Assembly (NCBI GenBank): GCA_014763715.1 | Contig: JACXUV010000005.1 | Span: 21,417-85,416, forward strand | Length of the DNA: 64,000 bases | DNA from: Rhodobacterales bacterium | GTDB lineage: Bacteria > Pseudomonadota > Alphaproteobacteria > Caulobacterales > Hyphomonadaceae | Direction of reading: 5' to 3' | Part shown: positions 21,503 to 30,839 of the stretch, piece by piece | Layout of the letters: the number at the start of each line of letters is the position of its first letter | How positions within the stretch are numbered: position 1 is the first letter of the stretch | Translations under genes and position numbers: made by a program | The notes under the pieces: model-generated | What the model was told of the DNA's origin: nothing | Database searches by the model: none | The model's input: only the letters and a program-made list of their open reading frames with translations

Positions 21503-21550
21503 CCTTACAGATAGGCTGGCACCCGTTGGGGGATGCTGGCCCGCCGCGTC
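21503..21550 (-). ncRNA. serC leader RNA motif (cis-regulatory)
   Basis: Minus strand GACGCGGCGGGCCAGCAUCCCCCAACGGGUGCCAGCCUAUCUGUAAGG: CCCCAACG-loop hairpin and UCUG.AAGG tail directly before the serC RBS, matching the alphaproteobacterial serC motif as I recall it. Confidence 0.8.
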
Positions 21551-21657
21551 TGTCTCACATTTCGAGGGCCCGCGCAAATGGCATTTCTGTGACCTGATAA
21601 GCGCGTGACCTGATGCCGCAACCTGCTAAGCTGAGCAAAAAATATGGAGGAACACCC

Positions 21658-22494
21658 GTGAGCATGACCATCCAGCCCCTGACCGGCACACTCGGCGCGG
21701 AGATCCTCGGTGTCGACCTTAAGCGGGACCTGTCGAATTCCGAATTCGATGCGGTGCATCAGGCGTTCCTCGACTACAAGGTGATCGTGCTGCGCGGCCA
21801 GCAGGGCATGACGCCGGACCAGCACAAGGCCTTCGCACGACGCTTCGGCACGCTGAACATCCATCCCTATGTAAAGGGCATGGAGGGGCACCCGGAACTG
21901 TTGGAGATCATCAAGGAGCCGGACGAGAAAACCAATTTCGGCGGCGGGTGGCATTCCGACATGAGCTTTCTGGAAGAGCCCGCGCTCGGCTCCATCCTGC
22001 ATGCACTCGAAGTGCCGCCCTATGGCGGGGATACACTGTTCGCAGATCAGCAGGCCGCCTATGACCGCCTCTCCCCCGGCCTGAAGAAGACGCTGGAGGG
22101 CATGACTGCCATCCACACCGCCAGCAAGGAATATGGCGCCGATGGCTATTCCGCCGCCGTGCGCCAGTCCATGGACGCGACGGCCGCGCCGGATGCCCCG
22201 GAATATGAGCATCCGGTGATCCGTACCCATCCGGAAACCGGCCGCAAGGGCCTGTTCATCAATCCGGCCTTCACGCTGCGCTTTGCCGGCTGGTCCCGCA
22301 AGGAGTCCCGTCCCCTGCTGAACTATCTGTTCGAGCTGTCACGGGAAGAGCGCAACACCTGCCGCGTCCGCTGGCAGGAAGGTGACGTTACCATGTGGGA
22401 CAATCGTTGTGTCTGGCACTACGCCCTCAACGATTATCACGGCCACCGCCGCCACATGCGCCGCGCCACGATCGACGGCAACAGGCCGCGCTAG
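21658..22494 (+). CDS. TauD/TfdA family alpha-ketoglutarate-dependent dioxygenase
   Basis: GWHSDMS (HxD), GGDTLF, HPVIRTHPETGRK, WDNR..WH; GTG start after GGAGG. Confidence 0.93.
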   Translation: MSMTIQPLTGTLGAEILGVDLKRDLSNSEFDAVHQAFLDYKVIVLRGQQGMTPDQHKAFARRFGTLNIHPYVKGMEGHPELLEIIKEPDEKTNFGGGWHSDMSFLEEPALGSILHALEVPPYGGDTLFADQQAAYDRLSPGLKKTLEGMTAIHTASKEYGADGYSAAVRQSMDATAAPDAPEYEHPVIRTHPETGRKGLFINPAFTLRFAGWSRKESRPLLNYLFELSREERNTCRVRWQEGDVTMWDNRCVWHYALNDYHGHRRHMRRATIDGNRPR

Positions 22495-22515
22495 GCATTT
22501 CTCAGGATGGCATGA

Positions 22516-22706
22516 TTGACTTTCCTCCGCCTGGGAATATATGGCGGCGGAAGGTCGGCAGATCACCTAGGCGTCACCGCCCCGCAAGGGGAGCTAAACC
22601 TGCCCGAGAATACTCTGCGTATCGACGACAGACACTTTTCCAGTGCCGTGTCGGGAAGACGGTGACCACCGGCAATTTCAGTCTCTGACGGCACATTTGT
22701 GGAAAA
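22516..22706 (+). promoter_or_regulatory. Sigma70-type promoter plus ~150-nt structured 5' leader
   Basis: TTGACT(22516)-N16/17-TATATG, then several helices including a CCC-GCAA-GGG GNRA loop before the ATG at 22707/22710. Confidence 0.5.
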
Positions 22707-22709
22707 TAG

Positions 22710-23288
22710 ATGATGTCGAGATCCATATACCCCTATCAGGCGCCGGATGTGTCGGCGCTTGCACGCCTGCTGAAGCGGGAACTAGACAACCGGGAAGACA
22801 AGCCCGGACATGTCGAGCTTCTGAACATCCTTTCAAAGGCTGCAGGTTACCGGAATTACCAGCACTTCCGGGCAAGCCAGAAAGCCGAAGCCCGGATGCT
22901 TTCGCCTGCAATGGCACCGGAAGCCGTGGACTACACCCAGGTCGACCGCGCCACACGCTGTTTCGACGAGGCAGACGTCCTTCTCTACTGGCCGTCGCGC
23001 CGCAGCATTCAGATTCTTTGCCTTTGGAAGCTCTGGAGCCTGCTGCCCTCGGCTGAGGAGATGAGCGAGAAGCAGGTGAACGCCTTTTTGAAGGCACACA
23101 ACGGCTTCGGCGACCATGCCCTGCTCCGCCGTGAGCTTTGCGACGCGCGGCTTCTCTCCCGGACACGCAATGGCAGCCGGTACTTCCGTATTGAAAAGCA
23201 TCCCCCGCCCGAAGCACTCGTGCTGATCCGTAGCCAGAAGGCTGAAGGGATGACGGGGGAGCCTGCCCATGATGCAGCCCATGAATAA
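22710..23288 (+). CDS. DUF2087-domain protein
   Basis: N-terminal DVSALARLL...GHVELLNILSKAAGYRNYQHFRA; C-terminal WPSRRS..EMSEKQVN....H.FGDHALLRREL....LSRT.NGS.Y. Confidence 0.8.
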   Translation: MMSRSIYPYQAPDVSALARLLKRELDNREDKPGHVELLNILSKAAGYRNYQHFRASQKAEARMLSPAMAPEAVDYTQVDRATRCFDEADVLLYWPSRRSIQILCLWKLWSLLPSAEEMSEKQVNAFLKAHNGFGDHALLRRELCDARLLSRTRNGSRYFRIEKHPPPEALVLIRSQKAEGMTGEPAHDAAHE

Positions 23289-23327
23289 GCCAGACGCTTC
23301 AGATTTCTGACCCCAGCCTGAGAGTGG

Positions 23328-23990
23328 TCAGACTTCAAAGGGATATGTTCCACCCCAGGCAATCAGGGCCTGTCCGAAGAAATACAGCCCCCAGACGGCC
23401 AGCGACGGCGCCACTTTCGGTGGCGCCCCAGCCGGGCGCATGAACAGCTGCGTCGACAGGATCATGTCGGATGCCACGAACATGATCGCGCCCAACGTCA
23501 CCAGCACAAAAGCCGGATCAAGGCGGAGCGCTGCCGCTCCCATCACCAGGATGATGCCCGTATAGGCAAAGACCGGGATACGCATCGGCCCCAGCGACGG
23601 CGCCAGCCAGCGCACGAAGACAACCCCGCCCAGAACCAGCACGCTCTGCGCCGCCAGGTTCAGTATGGTCCGCCCCGTCTGCGGCAGCGCCCAGAACAGC
23701 GCGATATAAGCCACATGCGCCAGGAAGAAGGCGGCCATGCCGGGCTTCAGCCACTTGTCTTCATCCGGCTTGTCCATGGCCAGGAAAGCATCGCCCGCCG
23801 AAGACAGGGCCAGCCCGACCACCAGCAGCCACGGCCCGCCCGCAAGATAGGCGAAGAGGGCCAGCAGCGCCGTCGAGCCGGTCTTGACCAGCAACCCTGA
23901 CCATCCGCGCCCCGCGCGCCAGCACCAGCCGGCCCAATACAGAACACCCAAAACGATCGCGCCCGCGAACGCGGCAGTCTCCACAGCCAT
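23328..23990 (-). CDS. YhhN-like lysoplasmalogenase family membrane protein
   Basis: LVK, LALSSAGDAFL, GMAAFFLAHVAY, FVASDMIL, Y..GQ.LI motifs. Confidence 0.88.
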   Translation of the reverse strand: MAVETAAFAGAIVLGVLYWAGWCWRAGRGWSGLLVKTGSTALLALFAYLAGGPWLLVVGLALSSAGDAFLAMDKPDEDKWLKPGMAAFFLAHVAYIALFWALPQTGRTILNLAAQSVLVLGGVVFVRWLAPSLGPMRIPVFAYTGIILVMGAAALRLDPAFVLVTLGAIMFVASDMILSTQLFMRPAGAPPKVAPSLAVWGLYFFGQALIAWGGTYPFEV

Positions 23991-24017
23991 TCCGGCCTCC
24001 CCTTCCCGTTTTGTTTT

Positions 24018-24416
24018 CTAGTCTTCTTTCACCGGTTCCGGCACCCGCAACAGGCGCCGGGCCGCGGCCCGATGCGTTTCTTTCACATGCATGCCCACCA
24101 GGCCAAGCGCCGTGGCAAGCACAGTTGCGTCATCGGTAAAGCCAAGGCCTGTGATGAAATCGGGCAGCATGTCCATCGGTGTGACGAAATAGGCGACCGC
24201 CGCGAACAGAACCGCCTTGGCTCGCATCGGCGTGTGCGGGTCGCGCGCGGCATACCAGGCCGCGACCAGATCGTCGGCAAACGGGATCTTCCCGACCAGC
24301 TTCATGAGCTTGGGAACGAGCCCCCGCGCCGTGCGCTCATCGCGCTCGATCGACTTCGGAATATAGCGTCCATCCTCAGTCAGGACGGTGTTTATGACTT
24401 CCGCTGCGTCAGACAT
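24018..24416 (-). CDS. YkvA / DUF1232 family protein
   Basis: KAVLFAAVAYFVTPMDMLPDFITGLGFTDDA signature. Confidence 0.9.
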   Translation of the reverse strand: MSDAAEVINTVLTEDGRYIPKSIERDERTARGLVPKLMKLVGKIPFADDLVAAWYAARDPHTPMRAKAVLFAAVAYFVTPMDMLPDFITGLGFTDDATVLATALGLVGMHVKETHRAAARRLLRVPEPVKED

Positions 24417-24495
24417 TGCGTCCTCCTCTCAGCACTATAGACCAGCAGTATAGATCATCTCTCAGATAGTCTGAAACAAGGGAGGGCAGCGGCCC

Positions 24496-25275
24496 ATGGA
24501 ACTCAATTCTAACATCTCGGCCGTCATCACCGGCGGCGCATCCGGCCTCGGCGCGGCAACCGCGCGCAAACTGGCCAGCTATGGCGTGAAGGTCGCCCTG
24601 TTCGACCTCAACGCCGAAAAAGGCGAGGCACTCGCCAAGGAACTCGGCGGCGTGTTCTGCCAGGTCAACGTCACCGACGACGCCTCTGTCGACGCGGGCT
24701 TCGCCAAGTCGCGCGCCGCCATCGGCCAGGAACGTATCCTGGTGAACTGCGCCGGTACCGGCAACGCCATCAAGACGGCCAGCCGCGACAAGAATACCGG
24801 CGAGATCAGCCACTTCCCGCTGGATAAGTTCAACCTGATCGTCCAGATCAACCTGGTTGGCACCTTCCGCTGCATCGCGAAATCGGCTGCCGGCATGATG
24901 ACGCTGGACCCGATCGACGGCGAGCGCGGCGCAATCGTCAACACGGCTTCTGTGGCCGCTGAAGATGGCCAGATCGGCCAGGCCGCCTACTCCGCTTCGA
25001 AGGGCGGCGTTGTCGGCATGACCCTGCCGATCGCCCGCGATCTTTCCCGCGAGCTGATCCGCGTCAACACGATCCTTCCGGGCATCTTCAACACGCCGCT
25101 GCTGCAGGGCGCTCCGGAACCGGTGAAACAGGCCCTCGGCGCGCAGGTGCCGCACCCGGCCCGCCTCGGCAACCCGGAAGAATATGCGTCGCTCGCCACG
25201 GAAATGATCCGCAACGCTTACTTCAACGGCGAAGACGTCCGCCTCGACGGCGCCATCCGCATGGCGCCTAGATAA
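24496..25275 (+). CDS. SDR, 3-hydroxyacyl-CoA dehydrogenase type II-like
   Basis: TGGASGLG, VNCAG, NTASVAAEDGQIGQAAYSASKGG, NGEDVRLDGAIRM. Confidence 0.93.
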   Translation: MELNSNISAVITGGASGLGAATARKLASYGVKVALFDLNAEKGEALAKELGGVFCQVNVTDDASVDAGFAKSRAAIGQERILVNCAGTGNAIKTASRDKNTGEISHFPLDKFNLIVQINLVGTFRCIAKSAAGMMTLDPIDGERGAIVNTASVAAEDGQIGQAAYSASKGGVVGMTLPIARDLSRELIRVNTILPGIFNTPLLQGAPEPVKQALGAQVPHPARLGNPEEYASLATEMIRNAYFNGEDVRLDGAIRMAPR

Positions 25276-25278
25276 CAA

Positions 25279-25432
25279 TTGCTCGCGGCGGTTTCCGCGC
25301 CTCTGGCGCGGAGCCGCTGCGCCTTCGCCTTGCTCGTGCGATGGCTCTCCACCACAAGCGACGCGCAGGCGCAGGTGCCGCGGGCTTCAGCCCGCGAACA
25401 GCACCGAGCAGCAAGGCCGGAGGCCGCGCAGC
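25279..25432. repeat. Composite REP-like element: copy 2 (25279-25338, +) and inverted copy 3 (~25364-25410, -)
   Basis: Same flanks as the 20239 copy with different, still complementary inner hairpins (tccgcgcc/ggcgcgga; cgcgggc/gcccgcg). Confidence 0.75.
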
Positions 25433-25438
25433 TAACAA

Positions 25439-25470
25439 CAAGGCCTGCCCCGAGGGGCGGGCCTTTTTCT
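25439..25470 (+). terminator. Rho-independent terminator
   Basis: aaggcctgccc-cgag-gggcgggccttttt. Confidence 0.8.
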
Positions 25471-25546
25471 TTTCCGCAACGGCAGGGGCTGTCAGACGAT
25501 GCGATGACGCTACAAAGGTTCCGAGAAAAGATTGGGAGAGACACCA

Positions 25547-26224
25547 GTGGAATATGACGACGTTGTCCGCAGCCGGCGCAGCATTCGCGGCTTCCAGCAA
25601 AAACCCGTTCCGAAGGCGCTGGTGCGCGAAATCCTCGAAATCGCCATGCGCGCACCGACATCCATGAACTCCCAGCCCTGGAACTTCTATGTCGTCGCTG
25701 GCGACGTTCTGGACCGGATCCGCAAGGGCAATGTCGAGCGGAACGTGGCCGGTGTGCCGGACAGCCGCGAATTCCGCATGGGCCCGCCCTATGCCGGAGT
25801 GCACCGCGACCGGCAGGTCGAGATCGCCGTCCAGCTGTTCCAGGCCATGGGCATTGAACGCCACGACAAAGAAGCGCGGATGGACTGGGTGCTGCGCGGG
25901 TTCCGCCAGTTCGACGCGCCGGTCTCCATTGTGATCACCTATGACAAGGCCCTCGCAGGCGGCGACATTCCGCCCTTCGATTGCGGCGGCGTCGTCAATG
26001 GCATCGTCAATGCGGCCTGGAACCGTGGCCTCGGCTGCGTGATCAATTCGCAGGGCATCATGCAGAGCCCGGTCGTGCGCGAAGAGGCAGGTATCCCGGA
26101 AGACCAGGTGATCCAGACCTGCGTCGCCATGGGCTGGCCGGACGACAGCTTCCCCGCCAACGCCGTCGTCTCGACCCGGAAGTCCGTAGACGAAGCAGCG
26201 ACCTTCCTCGGATTTGATGACTAG
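25547..26224 (+). CDS. Nitroreductase family protein
   Basis: RRSIRGF, RAPTSMNSQPW, AWNRGLGC, RKSV; GTG start after GGAGA. Confidence 0.92.
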   Translation: MEYDDVVRSRRSIRGFQQKPVPKALVREILEIAMRAPTSMNSQPWNFYVVAGDVLDRIRKGNVERNVAGVPDSREFRMGPPYAGVHRDRQVEIAVQLFQAMGIERHDKEARMDWVLRGFRQFDAPVSIVITYDKALAGGDIPPFDCGGVVNGIVNAAWNRGLGCVINSQGIMQSPVVREEAGIPEDQVIQTCVAMGWPDDSFPANAVVSTRKSVDEAATFLGFDD

Positions 26225-26410
26225 GCGCACGCAGCCCCGTCACTTTCATTGTCCGCACCACCGCCAGGACCGCAACCGGCGCAGGGGCTAGCCGCGTCCC
26301 CAACCCTTCGTACACGTCAGTATTTCAGACACTTGAGTCCGCCAGCTTTTTGGCAGATGGTGCAACTATTGACAGTTAACGTGCCGTTACAGGCGGCCGG
26401 GGAGGGCATT

Positions 26411-27502
26411 ATGCTGAAAGTCTATGGCCTGAAGGTTTCCTATTTCACAGGCAAGATGGAAGCCTATCTGCGCTACAAGGAAATTCCCTACGAGTTCTGC
26501 CCGATGACAGCGCGGGAGTTCATGTACACCATTCCGGAGAAGACCGGCGCCATGCAAATGCCCGCCGCCGAACTGCCGGACGGGCGCTGGATGACGGACA
26601 CCACCCCGATGATCGACTGGTTCGAGACACAGCACCCCGGCGCGCCGGTCCTCCCCGCAGATCCCGCCCAGGCTTTCCTCTGCCGCCTGATCGAAGACTA
26701 CGCCGACGAATGGCTGTGGCGCCCGGCCATGCATTACCGCTGGAGCTACCCACTCTCTGCCAAACTCCTGGCCCGGCAGATCTCCGACGCCATGGGACGG
26801 GACATCAAGGCGCCGGGCTTCCTGAAACGCTGGCGAACGGAAAAGCGGCAGAAGCTGAACTTCGTCGACCGGGACGGGGTGACACCCGAAACCCGCGCCC
26901 ATGTCGAAGGCAGTTACCTGAACCTGCTCGCCATGCTGGAGCCGGTCGTCCAGGCCCGGCCCTTCCTGTTTGGCAGTCGTCCGACACTCGCCGATATCGG
27001 CCTGATGGGGCCCCTCTTCCGCCACTTCTCCATGGACCCAACGCCCGGCATCATCATGCGCGAAACAGCACCCGGTGTGATGGCCTGGGTCTACCGTGTC
27101 TGGAACGCCCGCGCCTTGCGACTGGACGACACCCTCGTCAACGGCACCCCTGAAGATCTTCTGCCCCTGCTGCGTGAGATCGGCGAGACACATCTCGAAG
27201 CATTGAACGCCAATGCCATCGCCTGGCAGGCAGGCCGGAAACACCACGGCATGACCATTCAGAACACGGCCTATCAGAACCTGCAAACCTCTCAATACCG
27301 CGTCTGGTGCCTCCAGAGGCTGCAGGCACACTATCATGCGCTCAACGATGAAAACCTGCACGGCCTCGCCCCGGTCCTGGAGGCGACTGGCATACTGGAA
27401 CCATTACTGCGTCTGGACGGCATCGACAGCCAATATGCAAACGCGGAACACGCCCCGTTCGGGCGGCAAGCCCTGCCCGTCTTTGCAGATATCCGGAACT
27501 GA
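26411..27502 (+). CDS. Glutathione S-transferase family protein
   Basis: SYFTGKMEAYLRYK.IPY, QMPAAE.PDG.WM.DTTPMI (cis-Pro), FLFG.RPTLADIGL. Confidence 0.85.
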   Translation: MLKVYGLKVSYFTGKMEAYLRYKEIPYEFCPMTAREFMYTIPEKTGAMQMPAAELPDGRWMTDTTPMIDWFETQHPGAPVLPADPAQAFLCRLIEDYADEWLWRPAMHYRWSYPLSAKLLARQISDAMGRDIKAPGFLKRWRTEKRQKLNFVDRDGVTPETRAHVEGSYLNLLAMLEPVVQARPFLFGSRPTLADIGLMGPLFRHFSMDPTPGIIMRETAPGVMAWVYRVWNARALRLDDTLVNGTPEDLLPLLREIGETHLEALNANAIAWQAGRKHHGMTIQNTAYQNLQTSQYRVWCLQRLQAHYHALNDENLHGLAPVLEATGILEPLLRLDGIDSQYANAEHAPFGRQALPVFADIRN

Positions 27503-27595
27503 CAGCCTCCCTCGCGGCAGGTTCCCTTGCGAGACCGCTGGTACAGCTGTTTGCGGGGCGTATAGTCGCCGCACAAAGTCAGGAGGACCGCAGTC

Positions 27596-28771
27596 ATGGC
27601 AGACGCATATATCGTAGCAGCAAAACGTACCGCCGGAGGCCGCCGCGGCGGCGCACTGGCAGAGTGGCACCCCGGCGATCTCGGCGCGCAGGTACTGAAC
27701 GCCCTCATCGACACGACCGGCGTCGATCCGGCCGCCATCGAAGATGTGATCATGGGCTGCGTCTCGCAGGCCGGCGAACAGGCCCAGCAGATCGGCCGTA
27801 CCGCCGTTCTGGCCTCCAGGCTGCCCCAGTCAGTTCCGGCTGTGACGATCGACCGTCAGTGCGGCTCCTCACAACAGAGCCTGCAGTTCGCAGCGCAGGC
27901 TGTGATGTCCGGCACGCAGGACCTCGTCATCGCCGCTGGCGTTGAAAGCATGACCCGCTGCCCGATGGGCATCAATGCCCGTGCTGGCAAGCTGTTCGAA
28001 GTGCCAACAGACCCGACCCCCGCTTCGGTGAAGGAAAAGTACGGCATCAAGCATTTCAGCCAGTTCGTTGGTGCCGAGATGATCGCCAAGAAGCACGGCC
28101 ACACCAAGGAACAGCTGGACGCCTTCTCGGTCGAGAGCCACAAGCGCGGTGCGGCGGCCACGCAGGCCGGCCTCTTCGCGGACGAGATCGTCGCCATCAA
28201 GGGCCGCGATGCCGAAGGCAACGAAGTGATGCACGACAAGGATGAAGGTATCCGCTACGACGCCTCCATGGAAGGCATGGCCAAGCTGAAGATCCTGATG
28301 GACGACGGCATCATGACTGCGGCCAATGCCAGCCAGATCTGCGACGGCGCCTCCGGTGTCCTGGTCGCTTCCGAGGCTGCCATCAAGGCGCACGGCCTCA
28401 CCCCGCTGGCCCGCATTCACAACCTCACCGTTACCGCAGGCGACCCGGTGATCATGCTGGAAGAGCCCCTCTTCGCCACCGACCGCGCCCTGCAGCGCGC
28501 TGGCATGAAGATCGACGACATCGACCTTTATGAAGTGAACGAAGCCTTCGCGCCGGTGCCGCTGGCCTGGCTGAAGCATCTCGGCGCAGATCCGTCGAAG
28601 CTGAACGTCAATGGCGGCGCCATTGCTCTCGGCCACCCGCTCGGCGCCTCTGGCACCAAGCTGATGACCACGCTGGTCCACGCCCTGCGCGCCCGCGGCA
28701 AGAAGTACGGCCTGCAGACCATGTGCGAAGGCGGCGGCATCGCCAACGTAACGATCATCGAAGCCCTGTAA
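27596..28771 (+). CDS. Acetyl-CoA C-acyltransferase (thiolase)
   Basis: DRQCGSSQQ, AGVESM, TAANASQICDGA, NEAFA, NVNGGAIALGHP.GASG, TMCEGGG. Confidence 0.96.
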   Translation: MADAYIVAAKRTAGGRRGGALAEWHPGDLGAQVLNALIDTTGVDPAAIEDVIMGCVSQAGEQAQQIGRTAVLASRLPQSVPAVTIDRQCGSSQQSLQFAAQAVMSGTQDLVIAAGVESMTRCPMGINARAGKLFEVPTDPTPASVKEKYGIKHFSQFVGAEMIAKKHGHTKEQLDAFSVESHKRGAAATQAGLFADEIVAIKGRDAEGNEVMHDKDEGIRYDASMEGMAKLKILMDDGIMTAANASQICDGASGVLVASEAAIKAHGLTPLARIHNLTVTAGDPVIMLEEPLFATDRALQRAGMKIDDIDLYEVNEAFAPVPLAWLKHLGADPSKLNVNGGAIALGHPLGASGTKLMTTLVHALRARGKKYGLQTMCEGGGIANVTIIEAL

Positions 28772-28793
28772 TCAGGACACGGATACAAAGACG

Positions 28794-28823
28794 AAACGCC
28801 GGGCCGGAAGGTCCGGCGTTTTT
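28794..28823 (+). terminator. Rho-independent terminator
   Basis: aaacgccgg...ccggcgttttt. Confidence 0.75.
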
Positions 28824-28874
28824 GCTTGGGAAGCCCCCCATTGCCAAGCTGGCTGGCCTGTAGAATATCCGGGC

Positions 28875-30077
28875 ATGCCAAAGCCTGACCGCTCATCCCT
28901 GCCCCCTATTCCGCGCACCGTCTGGGCGCTGGGGCTGGTTAGCCTGTTCATGGATGTCTCGTCCGAGATGATCCATGCCCTGCTGCCCCTGTTCCTGACA
29001 GCATCGCTCGGCGCCTCAGCCATTGTGGTCGGTCTCATCGAGGGGATCGGCGAGGCGACGGCCGCCATCGTGAAGGTGTTCTCGGGCTATGTGTCAGACC
29101 GGTTCGGACGGCGCAAACCGCTGATCCTGCTCGGCTATGGCCTCGGCACCCTGTCAAAGCCTCTCTTCGCCCTTGCAGGCGCGCCGGGCATGGTTCTGGC
29201 CGCGCGCTTTTCCGACCGCATCGGCAAAGGCATTCGCGGCGCCCCGCGCGATGCCCTGATCGCCGATGTGACCCCGGAAGCCATTCGCGGGCGTGCCTAT
29301 GGCCTGCGCCAGAGCCTCGACACGGCCGGTGCCTTTATCGGCCCCCTGCTCGCCATCGGCCTGATGCTCCTGCTCGCAAACGACATGCGTGCCGTCTTCT
29401 GGCTCGCGCTTGTCCCCGGCCTGATTGCCGTTGCCTGCGTCCTGTTCGGCGTCGAGGACCGTGCGGACGAGACGCCCCCCGGCGCAAAGCGCGTCCCGAT
29501 CCGCTTCGGGGACCTCAGACAGCTCGGCCCGCCCTTCTGGACCATTGTTGCAATCGGCACGGTCTTCACTCTGGCCCGCTTTTCAGAGGCCTTCCTCGTC
29601 CTGCGCGCCCACGACACTGGCCTGCCGCTGGCACTCGCGCCCCTCGTCCTGGTCGTGATGAATGTGGTCTATTCCCTCGGCGCCTATCCGGCCGGGGCCC
29701 TGTCAGACCGGATGCCACCGGCAAGGCTGCTCATCCTCGCGCTGGTCGCTCTGATCGGTGCGGATCTCTGCCTCGCTTTCCTGCATAATCTTGCAGGGGC
29801 ATTTCTCGGCATTGCACTCTGGGGCGTTCACCTCGCGCTCAGCCAGGGCCTGTTGTCAAAGCTGATCGCAGACCGGGCGCCTGCCGCCCTGCGCGCTTCC
29901 GCCTTCGGCATCTTCAACCTCTTCACCGGCCTTATGCTGCTCGCGGCAAGCGTGCTGGCCGGTCTCCTCTGGGCCAGCATCGGCCCCTCGGCCACCTTCC
30001 TGACAGGTGCAGCCTTCTGTGTCCTGTCGCTCCTACTGGTGGCTGCTACCCTGCTCAGGAAACAGCCCACAAGCTGA
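28875..30077 (+). CDS. MFS transporter
   Basis: SDRFGRRK motif A, DR.GKGIRGAPRDALIAD, about 12 TM helices. Confidence 0.9.
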   Translation: MPKPDRSSLPPIPRTVWALGLVSLFMDVSSEMIHALLPLFLTASLGASAIVVGLIEGIGEATAAIVKVFSGYVSDRFGRRKPLILLGYGLGTLSKPLFALAGAPGMVLAARFSDRIGKGIRGAPRDALIADVTPEAIRGRAYGLRQSLDTAGAFIGPLLAIGLMLLLANDMRAVFWLALVPGLIAVACVLFGVEDRADETPPGAKRVPIRFGDLRQLGPPFWTIVAIGTVFTLARFSEAFLVLRAHDTGLPLALAPLVLVVMNVVYSLGAYPAGALSDRMPPARLLILALVALIGADLCLAFLHNLAGAFLGIALWGVHLALSQGLLSKLIADRAPAALRASAFGIFNLFTGLMLLAASVLAGLLWASIGPSATFLTGAAFCVLSLLLVAATLLRKQPTS

Positions 30078-30091
30078 GCACGGAAGCCGGG

Positions 30092-30625
30092 TCAGCGCGC
30101 GATCTTGGGAACGATCACCCGCTGCACATCCTCCATGACGACATAGGCATCCGGATCGACATGGCGGATGGTGGACAATACGGAAGCCTCGACAGGTTTC
30201 GGCACAATGGTCATCAGTGCCGGCACCTTTCTGTCCGATACCGCACCTGTGAACTCCAACATGGACACATTGTACCGGCTGAGACTTTCAAGAATCGCCT
30301 GGCTCTTTTCAGGCGAGATGACGCGGATCTCGACCTTGCTGGTATTGAAGTGGCTTTCGATCAGCATCCCGACTGATGTGCCCGCCGCGTACCCGCCGCT
30401 ATAGCCGAGCAGCGTCCAGATGTTCGTGATGCCCGTCAGCACCTGGCTGACGGCGAGGATCCAGATGGTCACTTCAAAGAAACCCAGGATGGCGGCAGGC
30501 TGGCGATGCCCCTTGGCGATCATGATGAGACGCAATGTTCCCAGAGACACATCCCCAATTCTCAAACAGAAAATCAGAAGGGCCGATTGCAGAAGGACCA
30601 GTGTGGGCGGTGTGAATTCGACCAT
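30092..30625 (-). CDS. UPF0316 / DUF2179-DUF5698 family membrane protein
   Basis: RIGDVSLGTLR.I...G....AA..GFFEV.IW, GYAAG..VG; C-terminal PII-like IRHVDPDAYV. Start at MVEFTP. Confidence 0.85.
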   Translation of the reverse strand: MVEFTPPTLVLLQSALLIFCLRIGDVSLGTLRLIMIAKGHRQPAAILGFFEVTIWILAVSQVLTGITNIWTLLGYSGGYAAGTSVGMLIESHFNTSKVEIRVISPEKSQAILESLSRYNVSMLEFTGAVSDRKVPALMTIVPKPVEASVLSTIRHVDPDAYVVMEDVQRVIVPKIAR

Positions 30626-30839
30626 GCGGGGAGCCCCTTTGACAGAATGAGCAGAAGGCCCTGCCATATCGCACCACGCGGAAATGGAAACCCGAGCCGG
30701 TGCCTTTCCACGGGCAGGCAGCAAGACTGCATGGGAAGACGAAACAGCCCGCCTCATCGCTGAGGCGGGCTTCCTTTTCCGGGCGCCAGGGGTGCAGGGG
30801 TTCGCCGTAGCGGTCCGGTGGAGGTTCGGGTACCGGGGC

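Noticed and set aside
22512-22688. 58-codon ORF spanning the DUF2087 leader as a leader peptide
   Set aside because: Its ATG lies upstream of the predicted -35/-10, the RBS is weak and the composition is unremarkable; an RNA-structure explanation is preferred, though not proven.
27545-27580. Imperfect inverted repeat upstream of the thiolase as another PhaR-like box
   Set aside because: It has too many mismatches to the ecm/ccr motif to support by eye.
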